This document shows positions 32,911 through 40,103 of a stretch of DNA of 64,000 bases, in pieces. The stretch lies in assembly GCA_030647485.1 (NCBI GenBank), contig JAUSJT010000004.1, positions 237,088-301,087 of the forward strand, read 5' to 3'. The first letter of the stretch is position 1; each line of letters begins with the position of its first letter. The DNA comes from a bacterium. GTDB taxonomy: Bacteria; Patescibacteriota; Minisyncoccia; Minisyncoccales; UBA10102. A program made the position numbers and the translations under genes. A model generated the notes under the pieces. It worked only from the letters and a program-made list of their open reading frames with translations, was not told the DNA's origin and ran no database searches.

Positions 32911-33729
32911 TTATAATAATATACTTATTTGTTTAACTAAACCTATTCGATAAGCATTGAAAGCTTTATAGTAAGTTTCTAAATACTCTAAGACTTCGTC
33001 GGGTGTAATTCCGTTTTCAAAATCAATATAATCAAGATCGCGGTAGTTTGCTTTTATTCGATACCAATAGAAAAAATCAATTAACATTAATTGCTCCGTT
33101 GTAATGAACTGCTTCTGTTCAGTCTGATGTTTCTTTGTACGCAAATTCCATTTTTTGCCAATTTTGGCATCATGTAATTTGTACTCCATTAGCTTTTTTG
33201 CTAAAGACTGAACGCATTCATTTTTCTGCCAATAATCACTCCGAGTATTCTGTCCAGCATGTATTGTGGGCATATTTCTTACCTGTGTCAGATTGTGTAC
33301 AACATTGAGATCACTTTGACTGAAAGAGATAATACCACTACTAACTAACCCATAAATCTTCTTTCGTATACCCGAATGCCCTCCTTTTCCGAATCCATAG
33401 GTACATCCATCAATAACATTCACTAGCACGCTTTCGAGATAATAAAGGGCGTAATAGCACTTCACAGGAAACCACGGAGCAACGATTACTGCAAACTCTG
33501 GGTCTTCTTTTGCTAATTCAATATCTTTCTTAATACTCTTTACTGTAACCTTACATAATTTTTGAAATCTCACTATTTCAACATTTTTCCTTACGGGAGT
33601 ACCGATTTTACTTGCCAAAAAATTATTAACCGACAACAACTTTTCTATACACCTGATGTAATTAAGGTGTGTACGAAAAGATGCTTTTGCAGAATCAAGC
33701 GGAGATGAGGGTCGAGTGAATATGGTCAT
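32911..33729 (-). CDS. Hypothetical protein co-operonic with the RM genes; possible HEPN-like nuclease
   Basis: 272 aa, 21 nt downstream of the S subunit. Contains VRNMPTIHAG (R-N-x4-H), which fits the HEPN Rx4-6H motif. Otherwise unrecognised. Confidence 0.4.
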   Translation of the reverse strand: MTIFTRPSSPLDSAKASFRTHLNYIRCIEKLLSVNNFLASKIGTPVRKNVEIVRFQKLCKVTVKSIKKDIELAKEDPEFAVIVAPWFPVKCYYALYYLESVLVNVIDGCTYGFGKGGHSGIRKKIYGLVSSGIISFSQSDLNVVHNLTQVRNMPTIHAGQNTRSDYWQKNECVQSLAKKLMEYKLHDAKIGKKWNLRTKKHQTEQKQFITTEQLMLIDFFYWYRIKANYRDLDYIDFENGITPDEVLEYLETYYKAFNAYRIGLVKQISILL

Positions 33730-33749
33730 TTGATCTCATCTCTAAATAG

Positions 33750-34697
33750 CTAGACGCACACTGAATATGGCAAAGACTTTATATAATCTTCCATAAAATG
33801 CCAATCTGGTTGATTGTCTTTTGAAGGAAGTTTTATGCCTCTATCTCGAATCCTTTCTTGACTAGCTTTTCTGCCATAGTTGTATCTATATTGTTCTTGG
33901 TTAAAAACCGTTACAAGGAATAAAGCAATGTACTTATTCATACTAAAATTTGGAATAAGTTTTTCAACATGATCACTGGCTGAAAAATTGTCAGGTTGAT
34001 ACGAACAATAACCAAGAACTGCGCTATCTACAGTTAAAACATTACCAGATTCTGTATACAAATCATAAAATCCTTCCACTCCATTATTAGTAGCTTGCGT
34101 TGTTACAAAGGGGTACTTACCAAAACCAATCTCTTGTAAATCTATAATTGATGTTGTCTTACTCCCTGTTATCTTGAACAAATCTTTTAGATTAAAATAT
34201 TGCCACTGATCGATATTGAGTTTTACTTTTTTATTGCTTAGTGGATTTGCGCTAATGTTTAGCAATTTATCAATATCTAATTTGAGCCATTTTACTGACA
34301 TTTCAGAAGGAACTAAGAGATGGTCGAGTGTGACATTAGCCTCTCTTCCATGTGATGTATATCGAAATCTATTTGATTGGATTGCCATGCAATAAAAAAC
34401 TTTCTCCTTGAAATCCATTTCCCTTCTAGGAGTAAGGACCTTAATATTTTGTGCAGTATAGAATGGTTCTTGCTGAACAAATGAACTCAAGAGATAGGTT
34501 CCGCCAAGGGTCACTGTAATTAAGCCGGCTGGGTAAGGCTCAAAGTTTAGGTCTTTCGAAACTTTTGCTACAACGCCTAGATTTTGACTACTTCTTGAAA
34601 TAAAATTGATTTCTGGGACGTCCAAATCCATTTTATATAAATCAAATTGATTTCCGTACTCAATATCAAAAATCGAATTTAGAGGTACTAATTTCAT
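33750..34697 (-). CDS. Restriction-modification specificity subunit (HsdS/BcgIB-like, two TRDs)
   Basis: 315 aa. Overlaps the upstream RM gene by 4 nt. The size and repeated half-structure are typical of S subunits. Confidence 0.7.
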   Translation of the reverse strand: MKLVPLNSIFDIEYGNQFDLYKMDLDVPEINFISRSSQNLGVVAKVSKDLNFEPYPAGLITVTLGGTYLLSSFVQQEPFYTAQNIKVLTPRREMDFKEKVFYCMAIQSNRFRYTSHGREANVTLDHLLVPSEMSVKWLKLDIDKLLNISANPLSNKKVKLNIDQWQYFNLKDLFKITGSKTTSIIDLQEIGFGKYPFVTTQATNNGVEGFYDLYTESGNVLTVDSAVLGYCSYQPDNFSASDHVEKLIPNFSMNKYIALFLVTVFNQEQYRYNYGRKASQERIRDRGIKLPSKDNQPDWHFMEDYIKSLPYSVCV

Positions 34698-36499
34698 AAA
34701 TTTTGCACCTTAAATGCAACATACTTCTTTACTTCTTGAATGAAAATATCATCACTAATGACTGAGTAGTCAGTTTTCATGTATGCTTCTGCACACCATT
34801 CCTCGTCTGGTCTTACAACCCTATTAATACTCAATCCTGCAAAATCTTCCTTATTCATGTAGGCACGAATCCATCTTTCTCTGATAGAATCCCACCGACC
34901 ATACACATTTACACGGCCCCTATTCTTTCGCTTTACGAAACCGTCATCTTTAAAATGCCCAAAAAATGTTTTCTTTCCAGCAGGGTGAGGTCTTTTTGCT
35001 GTGAAAACCATAATGCAAGAAACAACAGCAACTTTTGAATTAATAAACAATTCTTCCGGCATAGATAAAACTGCCTCAAGTGTATGTTGTTCAAGAAGCT
35101 TCTGCTTTAATTCAAGAATTTTCCCTGTTTGAGATAATGCCGCCTGCATAGGCACAATTGCTACTGTTTTTCCGCCTTGCTCAAGACATTCAAGATTGTT
35201 AAAGATAAATTCTAATTCCTCTATATCCTTCTTTTTATCCGATTTATATGGTGGGTTGAGTAATCCAACGGTTGGTTTTTTTTCTTTAACTTTCTCTACG
35301 ATGTCTTTATCGAAGCAACTTCCGTTTAAAATATTTGTTTTCCCATCTTGGTGAATAAACATATTCGAGCAAGCCAACGCAAAGATGTGTGATTTATTTT
35401 CAACTCCAATAAGCTGTTTTGCTTTTATTTGTTTTATTTTTTCTTGATCACCCTTAGCGTCCTGTATCATTAGTTTCATTGCGCTTACCAAGAAGCCACC
35501 TGTGCCAGTACAACTGTCATATACAACACTATCTTTATTTACCTCTCCCAATTTAGCCATAAACTCCGTAATGTGCGGAGGTGTAAGTACGATTCCTAGT
35601 CCCTTATCGCTGTTTGCATACCTCAAAAATTCAATATAAAGCTGACCAAGCACGTCAAAATACTCGTGTGTACGGATAAAATCATTTATGTTTTCGTCGA
35701 TATCTTTGATTAGGTCTCTAATATTTTTTATATTATCAACTAGACCATCAAGAATGGTAATTTGTTGATAAACAACTTTTAGATTTTCAATTTTATCATT
35801 TTCTAACTTTGCTTTTTCAAATTGATTTAACGCTGTATCAATGAGGAACCGGGCTAACTGTTTAGCGTCTGTGTAATCTTTATAGGCTTTCTTAAAGGCA
35901 CTATCTTCTAAAGCAATCAAAATCGCGCTAATGAGTAACGCTCTCAGATCTTCTTTAATCTGTAGGGTGTGTAATTTATCATTTAGGTCTTTAGAAAATG
36001 AAAGCAATTTGTCGTAATCTTGTCTAAATTTCTCAGGACTTTTCAGGTATCCTTGTAAATAATCATCCGGTGTTAAAAGTTTATTAGAGAATTTTTCTAC
36101 ACCTTTTTTCTCTCCCTTTAATTGTAGAAAATGAGATACTTTTAAGTCTCGTTCCGATTCTCCACTGATAGCGATCGATAGTACATCATATTCTTTTGTT
36201 AAGTACGAAGAATAAAGTAAAACACCATCCACAGCATATTTTTTGTACTGCAAATGATCCTTGCTTTCATGTTTAGTTACATCTGCTTTGCATTCAACAA
36301 TGATGAGTAAATCGGGGTTCTGTTTATATTGAATAATAAATTCAGGACTACCGCGACCCAAGCCATTTTTTGAAGCCGTAGAGAGAAGCTTCTTAATTTT
36401 AGGAGTATCTGAAGACTGCTCTTCAATAATGATGCTTTCAATATATTTTTTGAAATGGTCTCGAACGATATCTTCTGTTTTGCGTTCGTTTTTTGACAT
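34694..36499 (-). CDS. Fused endonuclease-methyltransferase (Type IIB BcgI-A-like / Type IIG-like) N6-adenine enzyme
   Basis: N-term SPEF-x-IVECKAD gives PE-x15-ExK. MTase motif I is VYDSCTGTGGFLV and motif IV is LLNPPYK. 601 aa. Confidence 0.75.
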   Translation of the reverse strand: MSKNERKTEDIVRDHFKKYIESIIIEEQSSDTPKIKKLLSTASKNGLGRGSPEFIIQYKQNPDLLIIVECKADVTKHESKDHLQYKKYAVDGVLLYSSYLTKEYDVLSIAISGESERDLKVSHFLQLKGEKKGVEKFSNKLLTPDDYLQGYLKSPEKFRQDYDKLLSFSKDLNDKLHTLQIKEDLRALLISAILIALEDSAFKKAYKDYTDAKQLARFLIDTALNQFEKAKLENDKIENLKVVYQQITILDGLVDNIKNIRDLIKDIDENINDFIRTHEYFDVLGQLYIEFLRYANSDKGLGIVLTPPHITEFMAKLGEVNKDSVVYDSCTGTGGFLVSAMKLMIQDAKGDQEKIKQIKAKQLIGVENKSHIFALACSNMFIHQDGKTNILNGSCFDKDIVEKVKEKKPTVGLLNPPYKSDKKKDIEELEFIFNNLECLEQGGKTVAIVPMQAALSQTGKILELKQKLLEQHTLEAVLSMPEELFINSKVAVVSCIMVFTAKRPHPAGKKTFFGHFKDDGFVKRKNRGRVNVYGRWDSIRERWIRAYMNKEDFAGLSINRVVRPDEEWCAEAYMKTDYSVISDDIFIQEVKKYVAFKVQNL

Positions 36500-36633
36500 A
36501 TCAATATTATATCAATAATGACCCCCAAGGGACAGGGGTAATTTTAGAGACTTCTCAATTATCCTTAGTTTAATTAGATTCAAAGTAGTATGTTTAACAG
36601 TAACGAAAGAATTCGAACTTCTTCAAGTCTATC

Positions 36634-36654
36634 AAAAAATCGCCTTCTCGGCAA
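36634..36654 (-). terminator. Short-stem intrinsic terminator (TTGCC-gagaa-GGCGA-TTTTTT on the - strand)
   Basis: Lies downstream of the doc operon. Flank CTATCAAAAAATCGCC resembles TTATCAAAAAACCGCC at 32757. Confidence 0.4.
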
Positions 36655-36745
36655 TACCTGGGTTGAAATGTCGCACAATACATTCGCTTTCGCTCAGTAT
36701 AAAGGTCGCTTTACATATATTCTCCGTCCTTAGTCTTATCTTCCC

Positions 36746-36773
36746 TTGACATACAACGGCGGGTTGCTATAAT
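36746..36773 (+). promoter_or_regulatory. Orphan consensus promoter TTGACA-16-TATAAT
   Basis: TTGACA at 36746-36751 and TATAAT at 36768-36773. No ORF follows. Confidence 0.5.
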
Positions 36774-36779
36774 GTAGCT

Positions 36780-36836
36780 ATTACCACGAAAAAGACCCTT
36801 ACAGGGTTCCGTCCCTGTCGGGGGCTTTTTCTTTTT
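36780..36836 (+). ncRNA. Candidate about 55-nt small RNA (promoter-to-terminator unit), function unknown
   Basis: Two hairpins (ACCCT-tac-AGGGT; GTCCC-tgtc-GGGGC), then TTTTTCTTTTT. It is convergent with the doc operon and antisense to its 3' flank. Confidence 0.35.
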
Positions 36837-36915
36837 CAGATGACTCTAATTTCTGCATAAATTCATTCTACCTACTAAATTTTTGAACCTCCATTCATAT
36901 ATTCTCCATCATTCC

Positions 36916-37299
36916 CTATCCCCTCTTAGTATGCTTCTGCATCCAGCTTGCGATAACTTGCAAATCCAACTTCTTAACGGCAACTTTCAAAACAAAACTC
37001 TCTACTTCTTTATTCGTAGCTTTCAATTCATATCCATTGAGGAATAAAAAGCGTGCTGTGGCTCCAATAGCAGTTCTTTTGTTACCGTCAAGAAAAACAT
37101 GATATTGAACAAGAGATTGTAAATATGTTGCTGCTTTCAGAAGAATCCCCTTATAGAGTTCTTTCCCGCCAAAACGCCCTCTTGGCTTTTCAATAATAGA
37201 TTGCAAAAGATTGGTATCTCTTACTCCATGTAAACCACCGGTCTGATCGATAATTTCAGAATGAATAACCAGTAATTCTTGAGCGTTAAGATACCGCAT
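36916..37299 (-). CDS. doc: Doc (death-on-curing) Fic-fold toxin
   Basis: HVFLDGNKRTA is the Doc variant of the Fic motif HxFx(D/E)GNKR. 127 aa. Confidence 0.85.
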   Translation of the reverse strand: MRYLNAQELLVIHSEIIDQTGGLHGVRDTNLLQSIIEKPRGRFGGKELYKGILLKAATYLQSLVQYHVFLDGNKRTAIGATARFLFLNGYELKATNKEVESFVLKVAVKKLDLQVIASWMQKHTKRG

Positions 37300-37301
37300 T
37301 G

Positions 37302-37535
37302 TTATTTGCGGGCCAATGCCTCAAGTGCGGAACGATATTTATCGATAAACTTTCTTGTCCAATTTAGTAGTTCTTTGTCTACTGTTTTTGAAACAGGCAC
37401 AATAACTAATTTCTTCTGTTTTATATTAGCTTCAAGATTCACTTGGTCGCCAATGCGCAAGCCAAGCTCGCCCAATGTTTTCTTGGGGATGATGATACCC
37501 GCCGAACTCCCAACTTGTAGAACTTTTTGAGTCAT
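37302..37535 (-). CDS. AbrB/MazE/SpoVT-type antitoxin partner of Doc
   Basis: 77 aa. LQVGSSAGIIIPKKTLGELGL is a swapped-hairpin AbrB-type motif. It ends 2 nt before doc. Confidence 0.8.
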   Translation of the reverse strand: MTQKVLQVGSSAGIIIPKKTLGELGLRIGDQVNLEANIKQKKLVIVPVSKTVDKELLNWTRKFIDKYRSALEALARK

Positions 37536-37611
37536 GATGTTATAACTTTATTATAATCGTGAAAATATACTTGTCAAGACCTTAAGCCCCCACTCATATA
37601 TTGTCCGTACT

Positions 37612-38175
37612 TTAACGCCCCCTTAGAGATTTCAGCTCCTCAAAAAGACTTTTCAAAGAGTCATCGGTAATATATTTCTCAGCATTTATCCAGAATTCTT
37701 CTAATTTCTTCCCGTCTCTCTTTTCATACTCTAAAGCCTGCAGTACCATTTCCAGCTTATCAAGTTGTCTAACAAACCGTGCTTCTTGGGACTCCCCTTT
37801 TGCATATTCTTCCCATAAAGCAACAAACTCATCTTTTTCAGCAAGTCCAGAAAGAATCTTTTCAATTGCGGCGCCTTCCTTTTTTATCTTCTCCTCTTCT
37901 GAAAATACTCTGTCCTCTCCTCTTTCTTCAATAATATCCCCCACAATGCTTTCGCCAAGATCATGCAGCAAAGCCATGCGCATGCATTTGTATGTATCTA
38001 TACCAAATCTTTCTGCAAGAATCATCGCAAAAAACGTTAACAGAAATGAATGATCCGCAATGCTTTCTGGGTTTGAAATACCATAGTTCTCCCAACCTGT
38101 CCTTTTAACGGTCTTCAAAAGCCCAGCAGAACGGAAAAGATCAATGAAGCTTTGCACCTTAAAATCTTTATCCAT
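37612..38175 (-). CDS. HD-domain phosphohydrolase (YfbR-like 5'-nucleotidase family)
   Basis: ESIADHSF...LLHDLGESIVGDI provides the H...HD...D metal ligands. Confidence 0.75.
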   Translation of the reverse strand: MDKDFKVQSFIDLFRSAGLLKTVKRTGWENYGISNPESIADHSFLLTFFAMILAERFGIDTYKCMRMALLHDLGESIVGDIIEERGEDRVFSEEEKIKKEGAAIEKILSGLAEKDEFVALWEEYAKGESQEARFVRQLDKLEMVLQALEYEKRDGKKLEEFWINAEKYITDDSLKSLFEELKSLRGR

Positions 38176-38186
38176 ATATTACGAGA

Positions 38187-38576
38187 TTAGCCCCCTTCAT
38201 AGTGCTCTTCTGCCACCATGGCCTCTGCTTTAGTTGCATGCACCGTACCTTCTGCATGCTGGGGAGGAGAATACAACGTATACAGCTTCATTGAAGCATC
38301 GGATGACTCGTTGATAATATTATGCTTTGTGCCAGCGGGCACCACAACAGCAAAACCATCCGATATATCAAATCGTTCTCCTTCTAATATAGCTGTCCCT
38401 TTGCCCGATTCCACGCGGATAAACTGATCTAGATGCTCGTGCACCTCTTCTCCAATATCTTCTTTGGGTAGCAAAGACATAACCACAAGCTGAACTCGTG
38501 AATCGGTATATAAAACCTTCCGAAAATTGGAGTTATCCAACGATTCTTTTTCAATATTGTTTACATATCCCTTCAT
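38187..38576 (-). CDS. Cupin-domain protein
   Basis: 129 aa. GEEVHEHLDQFIRVESGKG...VVPAGTKHNI matches the two cupin motifs. Confidence 0.75.
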   Translation of the reverse strand: MKGYVNNIEKESLDNSNFRKVLYTDSRVQLVVMSLLPKEDIGEEVHEHLDQFIRVESGKGTAILEGERFDISDGFAVVVPAGTKHNIINESSDASMKLYTLYSPPQHAEGTVHATKAEAMVAEEHYEGG

Positions 38577-38632
38577 GTTCTTTTAGTATACATTCACACT
38601 ATTATGAATTCAATATGAATGACTGGCAGGAT

Positions 38633-39601
38633 TTACGGCTGGAAAATTTCTTCCGGCAAAAAACGAACTTCTTGAACTTCCGGAAATTGTTTCGCTGTGG
38701 CTTCAATTTGAAACCAGAGAATACCAACTCGGCAGGCTCCTCCAACGGTTCGGTTTTTGGAATCGTTAAATTCAAGAGTAAGGACCCCGTCTTGCAGCGA
38801 AGCTCCTTTTAGTGAAAATCCTTCCAGATGATATTCGGTTCCAATCCCTTGAACCTGTTCTTCATCGGTGAGCTCGCCCAAAAGCAAAAGTTTGATAGTG
38901 TCTTGAATCGGTGTTTTAGTTATTGGAATTTTTCTCTCAACCGGCGCCAAGCCATCTCTGCTGCAAGCGATATTGCCCGATTCGTCTTTGTCTAGTTTAG
39001 AATTATAATAATATAGATTTACTGCTCTTGTTTCCTGACATGCCGCAAAATCACATTTCGGCGGAATTCTAGCGACGTAAGAACCGTCGGGGCAAAGTTT
39101 TGCGTCCATTGTACAAACAACAGATTTTTCTTGATTAAGCACTAAAATCGAGTAGTTTAGATAACCCGCAAAACTTATCCAAAGAATATACAGCAAAAGC
39201 AAACACGCTGCTGGTTTTGAAATTTTGTAAAATAAAACGATCGTCCAGACAATTACAAGCCAGAGCGCAATGATATTAACAAAGGCCCAACTGAGACTAT
39301 GTAGGCCGAAGAATATGATTGGCCAGACAGCGTTGAGTACCAATTGTAATCCGAATACACCGAGCGCCACTTTGACCTCTTTTCTTTCCCATCCATTTCG
39401 CCATGCAAGAAACGCCGCAATACCTATCAATGTATACAGAATTACCCACACCGGGCCAAAGATCCAGTTTGGAGGGGCAAAAGCTGGTTTTACAAGCCCC
39501 GCATACCACGTTGGGATCGCAGAAAAAATGGCAAAAGACCCAATAATACCCGCACCTTGAACGATAAGAATGGCTATAAGAAGTTGAACCGCTTTTTTCA
39601 T
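38633..39601 (-). CDS. TspO/MBR (tryptophan-rich sensory protein) fused to a Cys-rich linker and a GerMN-like domain
   Basis: N-terminal 5-TM region with FAPPNWIFGPVWVILYTLIGIAAFLAWR. C-term has ...GVLTLEFN...VGILWFQIEATAKQFPEVQEVRF. Start set to ATG 39601; the TTG at 39619 lies inside a terminator. Confidence 0.7.
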   Translation of the reverse strand: MKKAVQLLIAILIVQGAGIIGSFAIFSAIPTWYAGLVKPAFAPPNWIFGPVWVILYTLIGIAAFLAWRNGWERKEVKVALGVFGLQLVLNAVWPIIFFGLHSLSWAFVNIIALWLVIVWTIVLFYKISKPAACLLLLYILWISFAGYLNYSILVLNQEKSVVCTMDAKLCPDGSYVARIPPKCDFAACQETRAVNLYYYNSKLDKDESGNIACSRDGLAPVERKIPITKTPIQDTIKLLLLGELTDEEQVQGIGTEYHLEGFSLKGASLQDGVLTLEFNDSKNRTVGGACRVGILWFQIEATAKQFPEVQEVRFLPEEIFQP

Positions 39602-39617
39602 ATATGTGTAGCGTACC

Positions 39618-39640
39618 AAAAAATCGCCGGTTTGGCGACT
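39618..39640 (-). terminator. Short-stem intrinsic terminator (TCGCC-aaacc-GGCGA-TTTTTT on the - strand)
   Basis: Perfect 5-bp stem plus a T6 run. Third member of the same terminator design. Confidence 0.5.
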
Positions 39641-39676
39641 TCTTGCTTTAACCGTTCTGCCTTAACCGAGTTAAGG

Positions 39677-39705
39677 TGTGGATAACTAAGTCTCGCTTAG
39701 TTTTA
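39677..39705. repeat. 29-nt element TGTGGATAACTAAG-TCTCG-CTTAGTTTTA (inverted partner of 31770-31798)
   Basis: 24/29 nt match the reverse complement of 31770-31798. The 5 mismatches are exactly the loop. Confidence 0.8.
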
Positions 39706-39772
39706 GAGCTTAAACTCTTCCTTATCGGTGGGGAGATCAAACTTGGCTTTTGTTTTGTTGAGCCGCCTATCA

Positions 39773-39800
39773 ACCCTTCACCTTTTTAAAGGTGAAGGGT
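39773..39800. repeat. 13-bp-arm palindrome ACCCTTCACCTTT/AAAGGTGAAGGGT (copy 1 of 2)
   Basis: Lies immediately after the stop of the 39809-40063 gene. Same arms and TCAA/TCAA flanks as 42926-42956. Confidence 0.8.
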
Positions 39801-39808
39801 CAATCCCA

Positions 39809-40063
39809 CTACTCCCCTTCCTCCAGCAGAAGCACTAGGGATCCTTCTTTCACTTCCTGGTCTACCTTAACGCCCACTGAATCCCCTTTTTCCGCTTTCT
39901 CTAGCGACTGATACTCTTTTTGTATGGAAGAAACCTCCTGGATAAACACGTTGTCTCCCCGTTCAATACGGATACGGTCGCCAACCTTGAGTTCAGCCTG
40001 AAGTTCAACAATAGCCACCCCTGCCTTGTCGTAGTAGTGAATAACTTTGCCTATTGGTTTCAT
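39809..40063 (-). CDS. Small beta-barrel protein resembling translation-factor domain 2
   Basis: 84 aa. ...VGDRIRIERGDNVFIQEVSSIQKEYQSLEKAEKGDSVGVKV... has the EF-Tu domain-2-like pattern. Confidence 0.5.
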   Translation of the reverse strand: MKPIGKVIHYYDKAGVAIVELQAELKVGDRIRIERGDNVFIQEVSSIQKEYQSLEKAEKGDSVGVKVDQEVKEGSLVLLLEEGE

Positions 40064-40103
40064 AGAAAAATGTTGAGGAAATAGTTTCGACCTTTACTGT
40101 TCT

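Noticed and set aside
36781-36830. tRNA 3' fragment (CAGGG-TTCCGTC-CCCTG + TCGGGGG)
   Set aside because: The T-loop lacks the conserved purine-57/A58 pattern, and no matching 5' acceptor strand or tRNA gene exists nearby. It is treated as the terminator hairpin of a candidate sRNA and mentioned only as a possibility.
30240-39705. Classical integron (integrase + attI + attC-bounded cassettes)
   Set aside because: The recombinase is co-oriented with the array, not divergent from it. The repeats are copies of its own 3' coding end rather than attC-type imperfect palindromes. Cassettes contain their own promoters and terminators and run in both orientations. I kept this only as a loose analogy.
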